From: Squalus acanthias
Lineage: Eukaryota
Assembly (NCBI GenBank): GCA_030390025.1
Contig: CM059431.1
Coordinates: forward strand, 139,316,001-139,380,000
DNA length: 64,000 nt
Reading direction: 5' to 3'
Below the pieces are notes generated by a model. The model ran no database searches. It was given only the letters and a program-made list of their open reading frames with translations, and was not told the origin of the DNA. A program made the position numbers and the translations under genes. This document shows, piece after piece, positions 49,201-59,034 of the stretch (the stretch's first letter is position 1; each line of letters opens with the position of its first letter).

Positions 49201-49712
49201 GGGGTAAAAATTCACTTGGTTGCGCCTCCCGTTAGCGCCTTAAGAGGGCGCTAATGGGGCGTTAAGCCGCTAACGCCCGGGCGCAGCGCTGTTTGCGCCG
49301 CTCGAGAACTTAACTTGAGATTGTGCGGCGGCGCTAAAACTTACCGCTGCGACCACCTGCGCGCGCAGATTGTGACGTCATTCCATGGTGCAACGCCCTT
49401 GGGGTGCCCCGGAGCGGAAATTGAGTGGCGCCCCCTGCCTTACCGCCTGGTGCTTCCAACGACCGGAAGACTGGAACGTTATCAATCGGTGTGGGGCTGG
49501 GGGGGGGCGCTATTTAAAGGGGGCCTCTTCTGTCTTTTTCTGTGGTCGACATTTATGCACCACTCGTTCTGAGAGAGAGAGAGAGATTCGGAGAGAGAGA
49601 GAGAGAGACTTCTACATTGACTCAACGCTTTGTGAGGTAGTTTTGCCTAGTTCATCCTAACTTTGTTGCTACTTTAGTTGCTGTACCTCATTACTTTTCT
49701 GGCAAAGAGAAT

Positions 49713-50873
49713 ATGGGGGCTGCAATGATTGGGGGCGTCGTCCTGCTCCAGCTGAATCGGAGGATACCGAGACGCGGACAGAGAGTGGCAATGATGGCCA
49801 GACGGAGGAGGGCCATCAGGCGCATGTACAGGAGCGCTTACCCTCCCAGGGTATATCGTGAACAGCTCTCCTACATCCATATGTCCGAGGAGCTGTGTTT
49901 GCGAAGGCTGCGATTCAGCAAGGAGGTGGTCACTGAGCTCTGCGACCTGCTGCAGCCAGATCTGCAGCCTCAGCTGAGGTCCAGGAAGTCTCTGTCGGTG
50001 GCAGTGAAGGTCACAGTGGCTTTGAACTTCTACGCCACTGGCTCATTCCAAGCTGCTGTTGGGGACCTCGCCAATATCTCCCAGTTTGCGGTGCATCGCT
50101 GCATCCGGCAGGTCACCAATGCCCTCTTCAGAAGGAGACGAGACTTCATCTCTTTCCCTATGACCCCAGACAAGCAGCGTGACCGTGCTCTGGGCTTTGC
50201 GAGGGTAGCGGGCTTCCCCATGGTGCAGGGCGCCATTGACTGCACGCATGTGGCTTTGCGTGCTCCGCGAGAGAATGCAGAGGAATTCAGGAACAGAAAG
50301 GGGTTCCATTCCTTGAATGTGCAGTTGGTCTGTGACCACAGACAGGTGATACTCGCTGTCAATGCCCACTATCCGGGCAGCTGCCACGATGCTTTCATCC
50401 TGCGCCAGACTACTGTGGCAGAAGTTTTCGAGGCACCGCATCAGCCAGTTGGTTGGCTTCTGGGGGACAAGGGGTACGCATTGAGCACCTGGCTGATGAC
50501 ACCGCTCCGTACGCCAAACACCCCTGCTGAGCTGCGGTACAATGAAAGCCATCAAGCAACCAGGAACATTATTGAGCGCACAATCGGCGTGCTGAAACAA
50601 CGGTTCCGCTGTCTGGACCATTCCGGAGGAGCCCTGCAGTACTCGCCTGAGCAAGTTTCGAACTTCGTAGTCGTGTGCTGCATGTTGCACAACATGGCAA
50701 TCCTCAGGACCCAGCCAATGCCACCAGGCCTTGTAGCACCACCAGAGGAGGAGGAGGAAGAGGAGGAAGAGGACGAGGACGATGATCATCAGCAGCACCA
50801 AGGCAGGAGGGCGGCCCACAATGGTCAAACTGCAAGGGCCGTCCGTCAACGACTAATAGCAAGCCGCTTCTAG
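49713..50873 (+). CDS. Harbinger DDE transposase (HARBI1-like), intact 386 aa
   Basis: GAIDCTHV, NRKGFHSLNVQ, PGSCHDAFIL, LLGDKGY, IERTIGVLKQRFRCL, CCMLHN; acidic C-terminal tract. Confidence 0.95.
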   Translation: MGAAMIGGVVLLQLNRRIPRRGQRVAMMARRRRAIRRMYRSAYPPRVYREQLSYIHMSEELCLRRLRFSKEVVTELCDLLQPDLQPQLRSRKSLSVAVKVTVALNFYATGSFQAAVGDLANISQFAVHRCIRQVTNALFRRRRDFISFPMTPDKQRDRALGFARVAGFPMVQGAIDCTHVALRAPRENAEEFRNRKGFHSLNVQLVCDHRQVILAVNAHYPGSCHDAFILRQTTVAEVFEAPHQPVGWLLGDKGYALSTWLMTPLRTPNTPAELRYNESHQATRNIIERTIGVLKQRFRCLDHSGGALQYSPEQVSNFVVVCCMLHNMAILRTQPMPPGLVAPPEEEEEEEEEDEDDDHQQHQGRRAAHNGQTARAVRQRLIASRF

Positions 50874-51167
50874 GGCCCCTGCCATTGCTACAAACACTAA
50901 TCAACCCAGCACGCAACCCCTAAGCCGGCCAAGGCACCAATAATTCCAACCACCAGCCATGTATATTTTGAATACAGAAACTTATTTATTTTACAAACTC
51001 TGTGTGTGTCAATTCCTCATGACAAACTCATAGAAATAAACACAAAAAAACAGTCAATAACATAACTGGTTCTCACAACCTGGAGATAATGTCCAAAACA
51101 CTAAACAAAAGTTGGACCATGAACCTCGGCCTTTAATAAAAAAATGACCAGCATTTTGTCACACCTC

Positions 51168-53046
51168 CTACTTTTTGCCCTTCGAGGGTGATCTCCTTCC
51201 CTTGCGCACTTCCCCCCTTCTAACCCTACTGCTCCTCCGTAATGGGACCTCAGTGGCTGCAGCAAGGCTGGTGGAAGGCTGCTGCTCGTCAGACCCTGAC
51301 ACTGCAGATGCCCCTGAAGGACGGCCTCGACCACTTCTGGGCCTGGAGGGCCCGGCTGCAGACTGCACCAACTCTGCATGGGCGGCAGCAGTCTGTCCTA
51401 CAGGCGGTGGCAAGTGCAGTGGAGAAGTGACAGTGTTGGCAGCAGGAATGCTGTCATCGTGAGAGAGGACAGCAACTCCCTGCTCGCCCGACACACTGGC
51501 ACTCCCACGGGGCAGCACTTCAGCATCCGGAGCAATCTGCCGGAGAACAGATTGCTGGCCTGCTGCGGCGCGGTGACAGCCCCGGGGACATGTGCATGAA
51601 CCATCGAGGTTGGCAGCAGTCTGTGCTCGCGTGGCCTCCATCTGAGTCTGTATGAGAGCAGTCAGAGGTGGGATCACGGCAGCCAGTGACTGAATTGCAG
51701 CACTAAGCGTTAGTGTGGCATCCGCCTGTGCTGCAGCGAAGTGCTCCACACTCCTTGCCAGTGACTCAATGCATTCGGGCACCCTTCCCACTGCACCCAT
51801 GAGCTCAGTGTGCATGCCCACCGCCTGGGTGTTCATTTCTGCAATCAGCCGCTCCTCCTCTGCGTCCATTGCAGTAGGAGTGTCTGGCATACTCTCCCTC
51901 TGGGGAGAAGGCCCCCGTTCTTCCCTACCCGCCCCCCATGGCGTTGCTGCAGCCCGCTGGGTCCTGGAGCTTCACCATCATCAGCCCCTTCCCCCCTGCT
52001 CCCCTCCGGGGAAGGCGTGTTCCCAGTGTGGGCATGGGCTTCCTCGGGAGAGGGTGGCACTGATGCTCTGGCTTCCTCTTCCTCCTCAGCTGCAGCATCA
52101 CTCCCAGTGGCAGCTTCAGGGCCCGTCTCCTCAGCTGGTGAATCACCATCTGAAAGCAGGGAGGTACAAGAGTGGCTTTAGCGTGAGGACAGGGTGGCAG
52201 TAAGGGAGGAATAAGTGCAGCGAGTTAGCAAGTTGGATTGAAAGTGTCAAAGGCTGGTATTGTGAGGGACAAGTGGAAGGACAGAGGACAAAAAGGTGAT
52301 GACATTACCATTGCTGTCCAGAACGGGGTCGGCGTCTCCAGTGGCGACGGGACCGATCACCCGACTTGCCACAATCCTGTGGACGCGCTCCTCCAGATCG
52401 CTGAGGGGTTGCAGCTGAAGCCGCCCTCCACCCGTCCGTTGCTGCTGTCTCCGATTATGAGCCAGCTTAGCCTGCAAGAAAAAGGACAGCATCTGAGTAA
52501 ATATACAGCCATGGTCTTGCCTGATGTGCCTCCCATAGGTGAATAGCCCTTACAATATACAGCCATGGTCTTGCCTGATGTGCCTCCCATAGTTGAATAG
52601 CCCTTACAATATACAGCCATGGTCTTGCCTGATGTGCCTCCCATAGGTGAATAGCCCTTACTGTATGCAAAGTGTAGAATGTGTGTGTGTGTTTGATGAA
52701 AGGGCCATAGGTGTTGGATGAGTGTTGTGCATTGGGGTTTTAAGACCCTCTGGCCATAGAGTGAGGTTGAGATGGAGGGATGGAGAGGTATTGAGAAAAA
52801 GCCACTCACCCTGACCACCCGAGTGAGGTCGTTGAACTTTTTGCGGCATTGAACATGGGTCCTGGGCACCATGCTACTGGAGGAGACGCTCTGAGCCACC
52901 TCCCTCCACACTCTTCTGAACTCGCGTGGCAAAGGCCTCCTGCCACTCTCCGGGAACAGCATGCATCATCTGCGCTCCACTGCGTCAACCAGAGCATCCA
53001 AGGCCCGCTCGGTGAAGCGATGAGCGCGTTCTCTCACCCTCTCCAT
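51168..53046 (-). pseudogene. Harbinger Myb/SANT-like DNA-binding gene, three exons (53046-52810, 52471-52309, 52149-51168), disabled
   Basis: MERVRERAHRFTERALDALVDAV...WREVAQSV...QCRKKFNDL trihelix; GT-AG introns; RTGGG motif; TGA at 52966-52968; frameshift near the G-run at about 51935. Confidence 0.82.
52501..52661. repeat. Three copies of a 54-bp tandem repeat in Myb intron 1
   Basis: ATATACAGCCATGGTCTTGCCTGATGTGCCTCCCATAG... at 52501, 52555 and 52609. Confidence 0.92.
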
Positions 53047-53547
53047 GCTTGGCAGCAAAATGGATTACAGGTCTCTCCAGGCTGAGATTCAAGGCTGCAA
53101 TGAGCAGGGTGTGGCTGGGGAGCAAGTGGACCCCCCCCCCACTTTAAGAAGTGTCCGGCGCCAGTGTGTCTGTGTTCCCTCGCTAACTGGCAGCAGCTGC
53201 GCTGCGCTCGTGCGCTGAGTTAGCGCCTCACTCCTTGACCTTTGCGCCTTAAGACAGGTGTGCCGTGCCTGCTTTAGTGCTCCACTCACCTCCCGGGGCG
53301 GTAAAAGTGAAGTTTCCTGTCAGTGCCGATAATTAGCGCCAGGCGCTAATATTTACGTCCAGACGATATTTGCGCCCCAAATGGGGCGCGACCTAATTTT
53401 TACCCCTATGACTCTATCCGCAGGCGTAAGGCTTGCTTTTACCAGGATAAGAGTTGAAAAAAGTTTTTAAAAGATGTTTCACTGATTTATCATTTAAAAA
53501 TACTTTAAAGAAAGTTAAGTTTATTTTTAGACACATAAAAAAAATTT

Positions 53548-54303
53548 GGGCCAGAAATTCGGCTCTTGTCGGGTGAGTATGCTCTGTGTACTTACCCGTA
53601 AGTCCACCTGAAGTGCCGGTTTCACGCATGCACTGCGCATGCGCGAGAAACCGGAACTTCCGTTCCCCTGAAGGAAGGAGTTCAGAGGTGGAACGCGTGC
53701 ACGGGAGAGGCTGCGCGCACACAGCAAACTTCGTTTTTTTTTCAAGTTTCTCCGGGAGGGTAAGTATGGAGAAGCTGCACTTTTAAAAAGGAGGTGCAAG
53801 GCCTGTTTTTAACAAGATAAGTGGCTAATTAATTACAATTTAAACTTTTTTTCAACAGGTTTATCTTTTTTAGATACTGAAAGAAAGTTAAGTTTATTTT
53901 TAGCACCGTTAAAAAGTGTAATTCATTTTTTCAAAATTAAAAAATGTTGTTTAAAGTAGTTAATTTATGTAACTTATAGTTATTTTAAAAATGTGATTTT
54001 TAAAAAAATGTATTTGAATTTTAAGTATGATTTTGGGGCCGATCTCTATTCATTATTTGACAGGTTTTCCTGCCAAGTGTATGAAGGGAGTTTCCCTTAG
54101 TTGATTGGCTCCCCATGGCCCACATGATCCCACGCTGCGAACTGCCTGTGAACTCTGGGATATGTGGGACAAGCGCACTTGGAGTTTGGTGAGGCCCAGG
54201 ATCGGAAGTGTGTGCGTCCCGGGAGCCCTCATGTAAGGGGGTAGATTTTTTCCAGATTGCAGGCCTCCACATGCGGGTGGCCTGCGATCGGAAAATACGG
54301 ACC
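53548..54303. mobile_element. About 755-bp non-autonomous Harbinger-type element
   Basis: Starts GGGCCAGAAATTCGG; colinear with 54671-55425 (GC-rich ends, AT-rich core). Confidence 0.7.
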
Positions 54304-54464
54304 AGTATTCCGTTCATCTGGAGTATCACTGTGGGGACCTGAACTCTGCCCGTATCCTTTAATATCCTCCAATTATTATTTTTACGGTTGTTTATTACTG
54401 AGCTCTGCCCCCACCCCATTTATTAGTTTAATGTGCATTTTTGCCACGCTATTTATCTTTTCCA

Positions 54465-54670
54465 CTGGGATCTTTGTTTCAGCCCGAATCAGGTACAGCC
54501 TGTAACAACAGTACAGCTATCTCTTGGGCCAGTACTGGTGGCAGTGTCCCATGAAATGGAGCCACTCCCTCTCACACCACTCATCCAGCCACGTGTTCAC
54601 CTTTCTGTTGTGTTTGTCTCTATGGCAATTAGCACCTGGCTCCGGTAATAAGCCTGAGATTAGCACCCTT
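54465..54670 (-). mobile_element. CR1 ORF1 esterase fragment
   Basis: VLISGLLPEP...VNTWLDEWCERE...FMGHCHQYW. Confidence 0.75.
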
Positions 54671-55425
54671 GAAGACAAATTCGGGTCTCCACGGGTGAAT
54701 ACGCGCTGTGTACTCACCCGTAGACCCAACGAAAGTCCCGGTTTTGCGCATGCACTGCGCATGCGCTGGAAACAGGAACTTCCGTTCCCTTGAAGGAAGG
54801 GGTTCCGCGGTCAAACGCGGGCGCCGGAGAGGCAGCGTGCACGCATCGGACTTCCGTTTTTTTTCACGTTTCTGTGTGTGGGTAAGTCCCCAGCAGCTGC
54901 GTGGGGAAAAAGCAGGCGGATGGCTTGCTTTTAACAAGGTAAGTGGTGAATTAACAAAAATTAAAACATTTTTTCCACAAGTTTATTATTTTTCAATACT
55001 TTAAAGACAGGTAAGTTTATTTTTAGCACCGTTAAAAACTGTAATTATATTTTTCAAAAATTTAAATTATTGTTTCATAGTTATTTTGTGTAATTTACAG
55101 TTATTTTAAAAATGTGATTTAAAAAAATGTTTTTGAAGTTTTACTGAGGTTTTGGGGCTGATCTCTATTCCTAGATTTGACAGGTCTTCCTGTCAAATCT
55201 ATGAATGGAGATTCCCTGCTCCGATTGGATCTCCATTGCCCACGTAATCCCAGGGACGCTTCGAACTAACTGCGCCCCTGGGATACGCGAGCACTGCACA
55301 CCGGTAGCTGGAGGAGGCCCAGGATTGGAATCCCACGCGGGCCCAGAGCACAACCTCAGGCACGCTAGGTAAGTCCAGGTTTGGGGCTTGCACCCGCGGG
55401 AAGCCTCCGACCCGAATTTCAGGCC
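54671..55425. mobile_element. About 755-bp non-autonomous Harbinger-type element
   Basis: Inverted termini AAATTCGGGTC ... GACCCGAATTT; paralogous to 53548-54303. Confidence 0.75.
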
Positions 55426-56629
55426 AATTGTTTCTAATTTAGCTCCTCACGCCACTTATTCACTCAGTAAGAACACCTTCCTCTTTTGTCCTTTGTCACT
55501 GGTCCCGACATGAACCACGACAAACCTCGCTTTCCAAATTTATTTGCAGCTGCATCGAACTATCCCTTATCGTGGCATCAGCTGATGGGTAAACGGGGGC
55601 AATGAATCCGGAAATTTTCGATAAACCTCCCTCTGTGTGTGAGGCCCCGCTCGAGGAGGAAACTTCCGTAAACTCTGCAAAAACTGTCGCGCAAGTTACA
55701 CCTGATATAGCTGTAGACACAGTTTAAGGGGAAATAACGTGAGTTTTGCCCTATGCTATAAAGTAGGAGTGCGGGAACAATTAAAACTTGTAACGGGACA
55801 AAATAAAGTCTCATTGTTTCATAACATCCCGTGGGACCGATTTTACAGCAGCAGGTAGCGCCGCCTACAATTCCCTTTTGTAATTTACTGTTACATCTGC
55901 CCACACCACCCTTTCAGGTATTGTATTCCCGAAAACAACAACTCGGTGTGCGAAATTGTTTCCTGATGTCGCCTTTGGTTCTTCTGTCAATTACTTTGAA
56001 ATTCGCAAAACTATTTGAACAGGGCGGTTCAATATGATTGGAACTATTTGCTCGTGTGGAGGATAAAGAAAGCCATTGACTGGTTGGGCGGAATGGATTG
56101 TTTCCGGGTTGGAACATCGTTGTATTTCTGTGTACATTGAGGTCTCACGGTTTAACATTAGTTTTAGGATCCTGGGAAAATGATTGGGGATCTCAGGGTG
56201 TTAGAGCACTGGGGCCAGACCTGGGATCAGGGAGCACTGGAAATGTGGCCTAAAGGTTTGTGAAGAGAGAGAGCGGCTCTGGAGTTAGGTAATTGGGACA
56301 AATATGAAACGTGGCTGTCTGGGATCCAGAAATTCGAACAACTCAGAATGTGTCTTTGAATGATTTATTCAACTATTCTGTGGTTAAACCCAGGTTTTTG
56401 AGACATGCTGAGGCCTTGAAGTTAAATCTTCATGCAAGGCACTAACATAAATATTAAAAACAATGCAATCATCAGATTTAAAGATGTTGATGTCAAAATG
56501 AATTTGTTGTTTTTAATTAGAACCTCATTTTGAAGATCAGACATTTCAGTTACTGCAAAAAATGACAGACATTATTTTCAAGAAGTTGTTTCATTAATTT
56601 GATACCTTCATCAATAAACCTGTTTCTGT

Positions 56630-56850
56630 GCCGGCTCTGTGAAAGAGCCTCCGTTTCGTCCCGCTCCCCTGCTCCTTCCCATGGCCCTGAACAATTTCTC
56701 CTTCAAGTATTTATCCAATTCCCTGTAGAAAGTTACGATTGAAACTGCTTCCACCACCCTTTCAAAGCAGTGCATTCCAGATCATAACAACTCGCTGCGA
56801 GAGACATTCAACTCATCTTCCCTCTGATTCAATCGATAATTATCTTTAAA
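56630..56850 (-). mobile_element. Short CR1 3' fragment
   Basis: Similar to 33620-33850 (TTCCACCACCCTTTCA...GCATTCCAGATCATAACAACTCGCTGCG). Confidence 0.7.
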
Positions 56851-57296
56851 AATGTGCTTATATTATGATTGTTGGCCAGAAATCGAGGTAAATTGCAATT
56901 TAGGAAGCAGAGATGTGGATTTGACTTCTCTGTGGTACAGGCGGAGGAGCTGAGAGACGGCAAACTGAGGCTCTACAGCACCACCACTGGAAGGAGCGTG
57001 TAATTACGGCATGGCAGTCTATACTAGAGATATCCTTACTGAAAGTGAACAGAATGGAGCGAATAAATGGTGGCGTACAAAGTCCAATAAAGGACAGTTG
57101 AACCTAACACCTTGTCGCATCTCCCAGAATCATCCTAAAGCACTTGACACAGATTATTTTGGAGGTGCAGTGAGTATTATGCCTGCGCACCACCAGCAGC
57201 AGTTTTGGTATCTGGTATGTGTTTATTGATGCGGCACAATAAACGGATTGTGGCCATTGGAGGGGAAAATGATAAGCCTCTTCAAGGTGGCCTCTT

Positions 57297-58226
57297 TCAC
57301 GTATCTCCAGGGCAGTCCACAGTTGCCGCATCTGCCATTGCATTCCAGAAGAACAGCAGCTCGGAGAGTTTCACCCCGTGAGAGGTCACGAGTTTCCGAA
57401 ATGTGCAAACAGAAAACGGGACTTTTGAAATGTAAAATATTTGGCGCGAGTGGATTTCCACAGGCTCGATCTTCAACTTAGCCAGACAGAGAGCGACGAA
57501 AACGTCCTCGAGTTTCAATTTGGGGACGGTACTCGAAACGTTCCAAACTCGGCAGGCGACATCAGTCGAGAGCACGTACCCAGTGCCGGAGCAGAATGGC
57601 GGATACGTTTCCAGCGGGTATTCCTGTTCACTAACGTACCATTTGTCGTTTTTTATCCTCACGGGTCGTTGATGTCTCTGTATGTAGCCGGTGAAGATGT
57701 TGCTGCGACTGGTTCGTGACAAGAGCTCTCTCAGATAATCAACATTGACAAACATGTCTGAATCGGTTTTCATCACAAAGGAGGCGGACGGACAAAATCG
57801 GATGACCCATTCCAGGCCCATCAGCACCTTGATGGTCAGGTTGTAATAAGTGTCGCTGAACTCTTTCTGTATGATGTCTTTGTGCAGCAAACCTTCCTCT
57901 AGCAGATGCTCCTGATCCTCCCGGCTGCACCCGAGCAGGAAGTATGTCACTACCCTCTTGCCATGTGTTGTCCGCTCTCTGCCCCAGGTCTGGCGAATGG
58001 CCGAGCGAGCTTCGAACTGGTCCAGGGCACTGGTGACAAGAAGGACCAGGAATGGGGGACTGACGTCACACCTGCTGTCGGGTCTCATTAAAAAGGGGGA
58101 CTCATTTAATTCTGTGTAATGCCAATGCTCAGTATTATTGCGGCTTAAATGTCTGAGTAATATAAATATCAGCAAAACGGTCACACAAACAAATGAATAT
58201 TTGTAGCACGTCTTTCGGAACAACAT
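57297..58226 (-). CDS. B3GALT5: Beta-1,3-galactosyltransferase (GT31), B3GALT5-like, 309 aa, single coding exon
   Basis: Type II TM anchor; PFLVLLVTS, ARSAIRQTWG, DTYYNLTIK, FVMKTDSDMFVN (DXD), YPPFCSGTGYV, LEDVFV; splice acceptor GTTTTACAG at about 58262 in the 5' UTR. Paralog assignment is by recognition only. Confidence 0.85.
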   Translation of the reverse strand: MLFRKTCYKYSFVCVTVLLIFILLRHLSRNNTEHWHYTELNESPFLMRPDSRCDVSPPFLVLLVTSALDQFEARSAIRQTWGRERTTHGKRVVTYFLLGCSREDQEHLLEEGLLHKDIIQKEFSDTYYNLTIKVLMGLEWVIRFCPSASFVMKTDSDMFVNVDYLRELLSRTSRSNIFTGYIQRHQRPVRIKNDKWYVSEQEYPLETYPPFCSGTGYVLSTDVACRVWNVSSTVPKLKLEDVFVALCLAKLKIEPVEIHSRQIFYISKVPFSVCTFRKLVTSHGVKLSELLFFWNAMADAATVDCPGDT

Positions 58227-58353
58227 GTTGCATCAGAAAATATCTTCTTGTTTTGAATCACCTGTAAAACAAAATAAACAAATTGATTTTGGTGGATAAC
58301 GGGTAATGCAAGGGGTAACACTTTCCAGTTTAAAATTACTTGGCTCGATTACT

Positions 58354-58775
58354 AACATAGGAATAGCAGGAGGCCATTCAGCCCATCGAACATGTTCTGC
58401 CATTCAATTAGATCATGGCTGAACTGTAGCTGAACTACATTGACCCGCCCTGCTCCTGTAATCCTTAATAGCCTTACCCAAAATAAAATCGATCAATTTC
58501 AGCCTTGAACGGATCATTGACCCCAGCATCAACACATTTTTGAGGGAGAGCGTTCCAGATTTCCAGAACCCTTTTTGTGAAGAGGTGCTTCCTGACATCA
58601 CTCCTGAACAGCCCAGCTCTCATTTTAAGGTTTCCCGCCTTGTTCTGGACTCCCACATCAGGGGAGCTACTGTAGCTACTGTAATCATCTCTAACAGATC
58701 ACCTTTTAATCTGCTATACCCCAGGCAGTACAAGCCAAGTATATGGAATCTGTCCTCACAATTTAACATTTTAGA
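58354..58775 (-). mobile_element. Decayed CR1 3' fragment
   Basis: FRSDVRKHLFTKRVLEIWNALPQK fragment and 3' UTR. Confidence 0.8.
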
Positions 58776-59034
58776 CTGAAAGTGAAGGGAGCAAATTGAG
58801 AGTAATAATTTCACAAGCGCTTCGGGGAGACTGTCGGCTGGATCATCATAGCAGCTCTTAACTTGTTGGTCTGGTGTTGTCTCTGATTTTAACAACTCCC
58901 ACGACAATAAGTGGTTTAATTTAAATAAGTTGGAGTCGCCGCTAAAATAATCGAACCCGAAGGTCATCGGAGCGTTTAAAGCAGTTGTCATCTTGTCAGC
59001 AGTGTATCATAAATATGGAAACAGAATACATGTT

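Larger units (their letters stand above)
49201..53406 (+). mobile_element. Complete PIF/Harbinger DNA transposon
   Basis: Perfect 12-bp TIRs GGGGTAAAAATT / AATTTTTACCCC; 3-bp TSD TAT (49198-49200, 53407-53409); convergent transposase and Myb/SANT genes. Confidence 0.95.

Noticed and set aside
49713..50873. Domesticated host HARBI1 gene
   Set aside because: Flanked by TIRs and a TSD, paired with a Myb gene and inserted in a CR1 tail, so it is a transposon copy
52501..52661. 18-aa repeat (KGYSPMGGTSGKTMAVYC) as part of the Myb protein
   Set aside because: Lies between the donor at 52809 and the acceptor at 52472, so it is predicted intronic
57100..57200. Decayed DeuSINE-like tail
   Set aside because: Similarity too weak to support by eye
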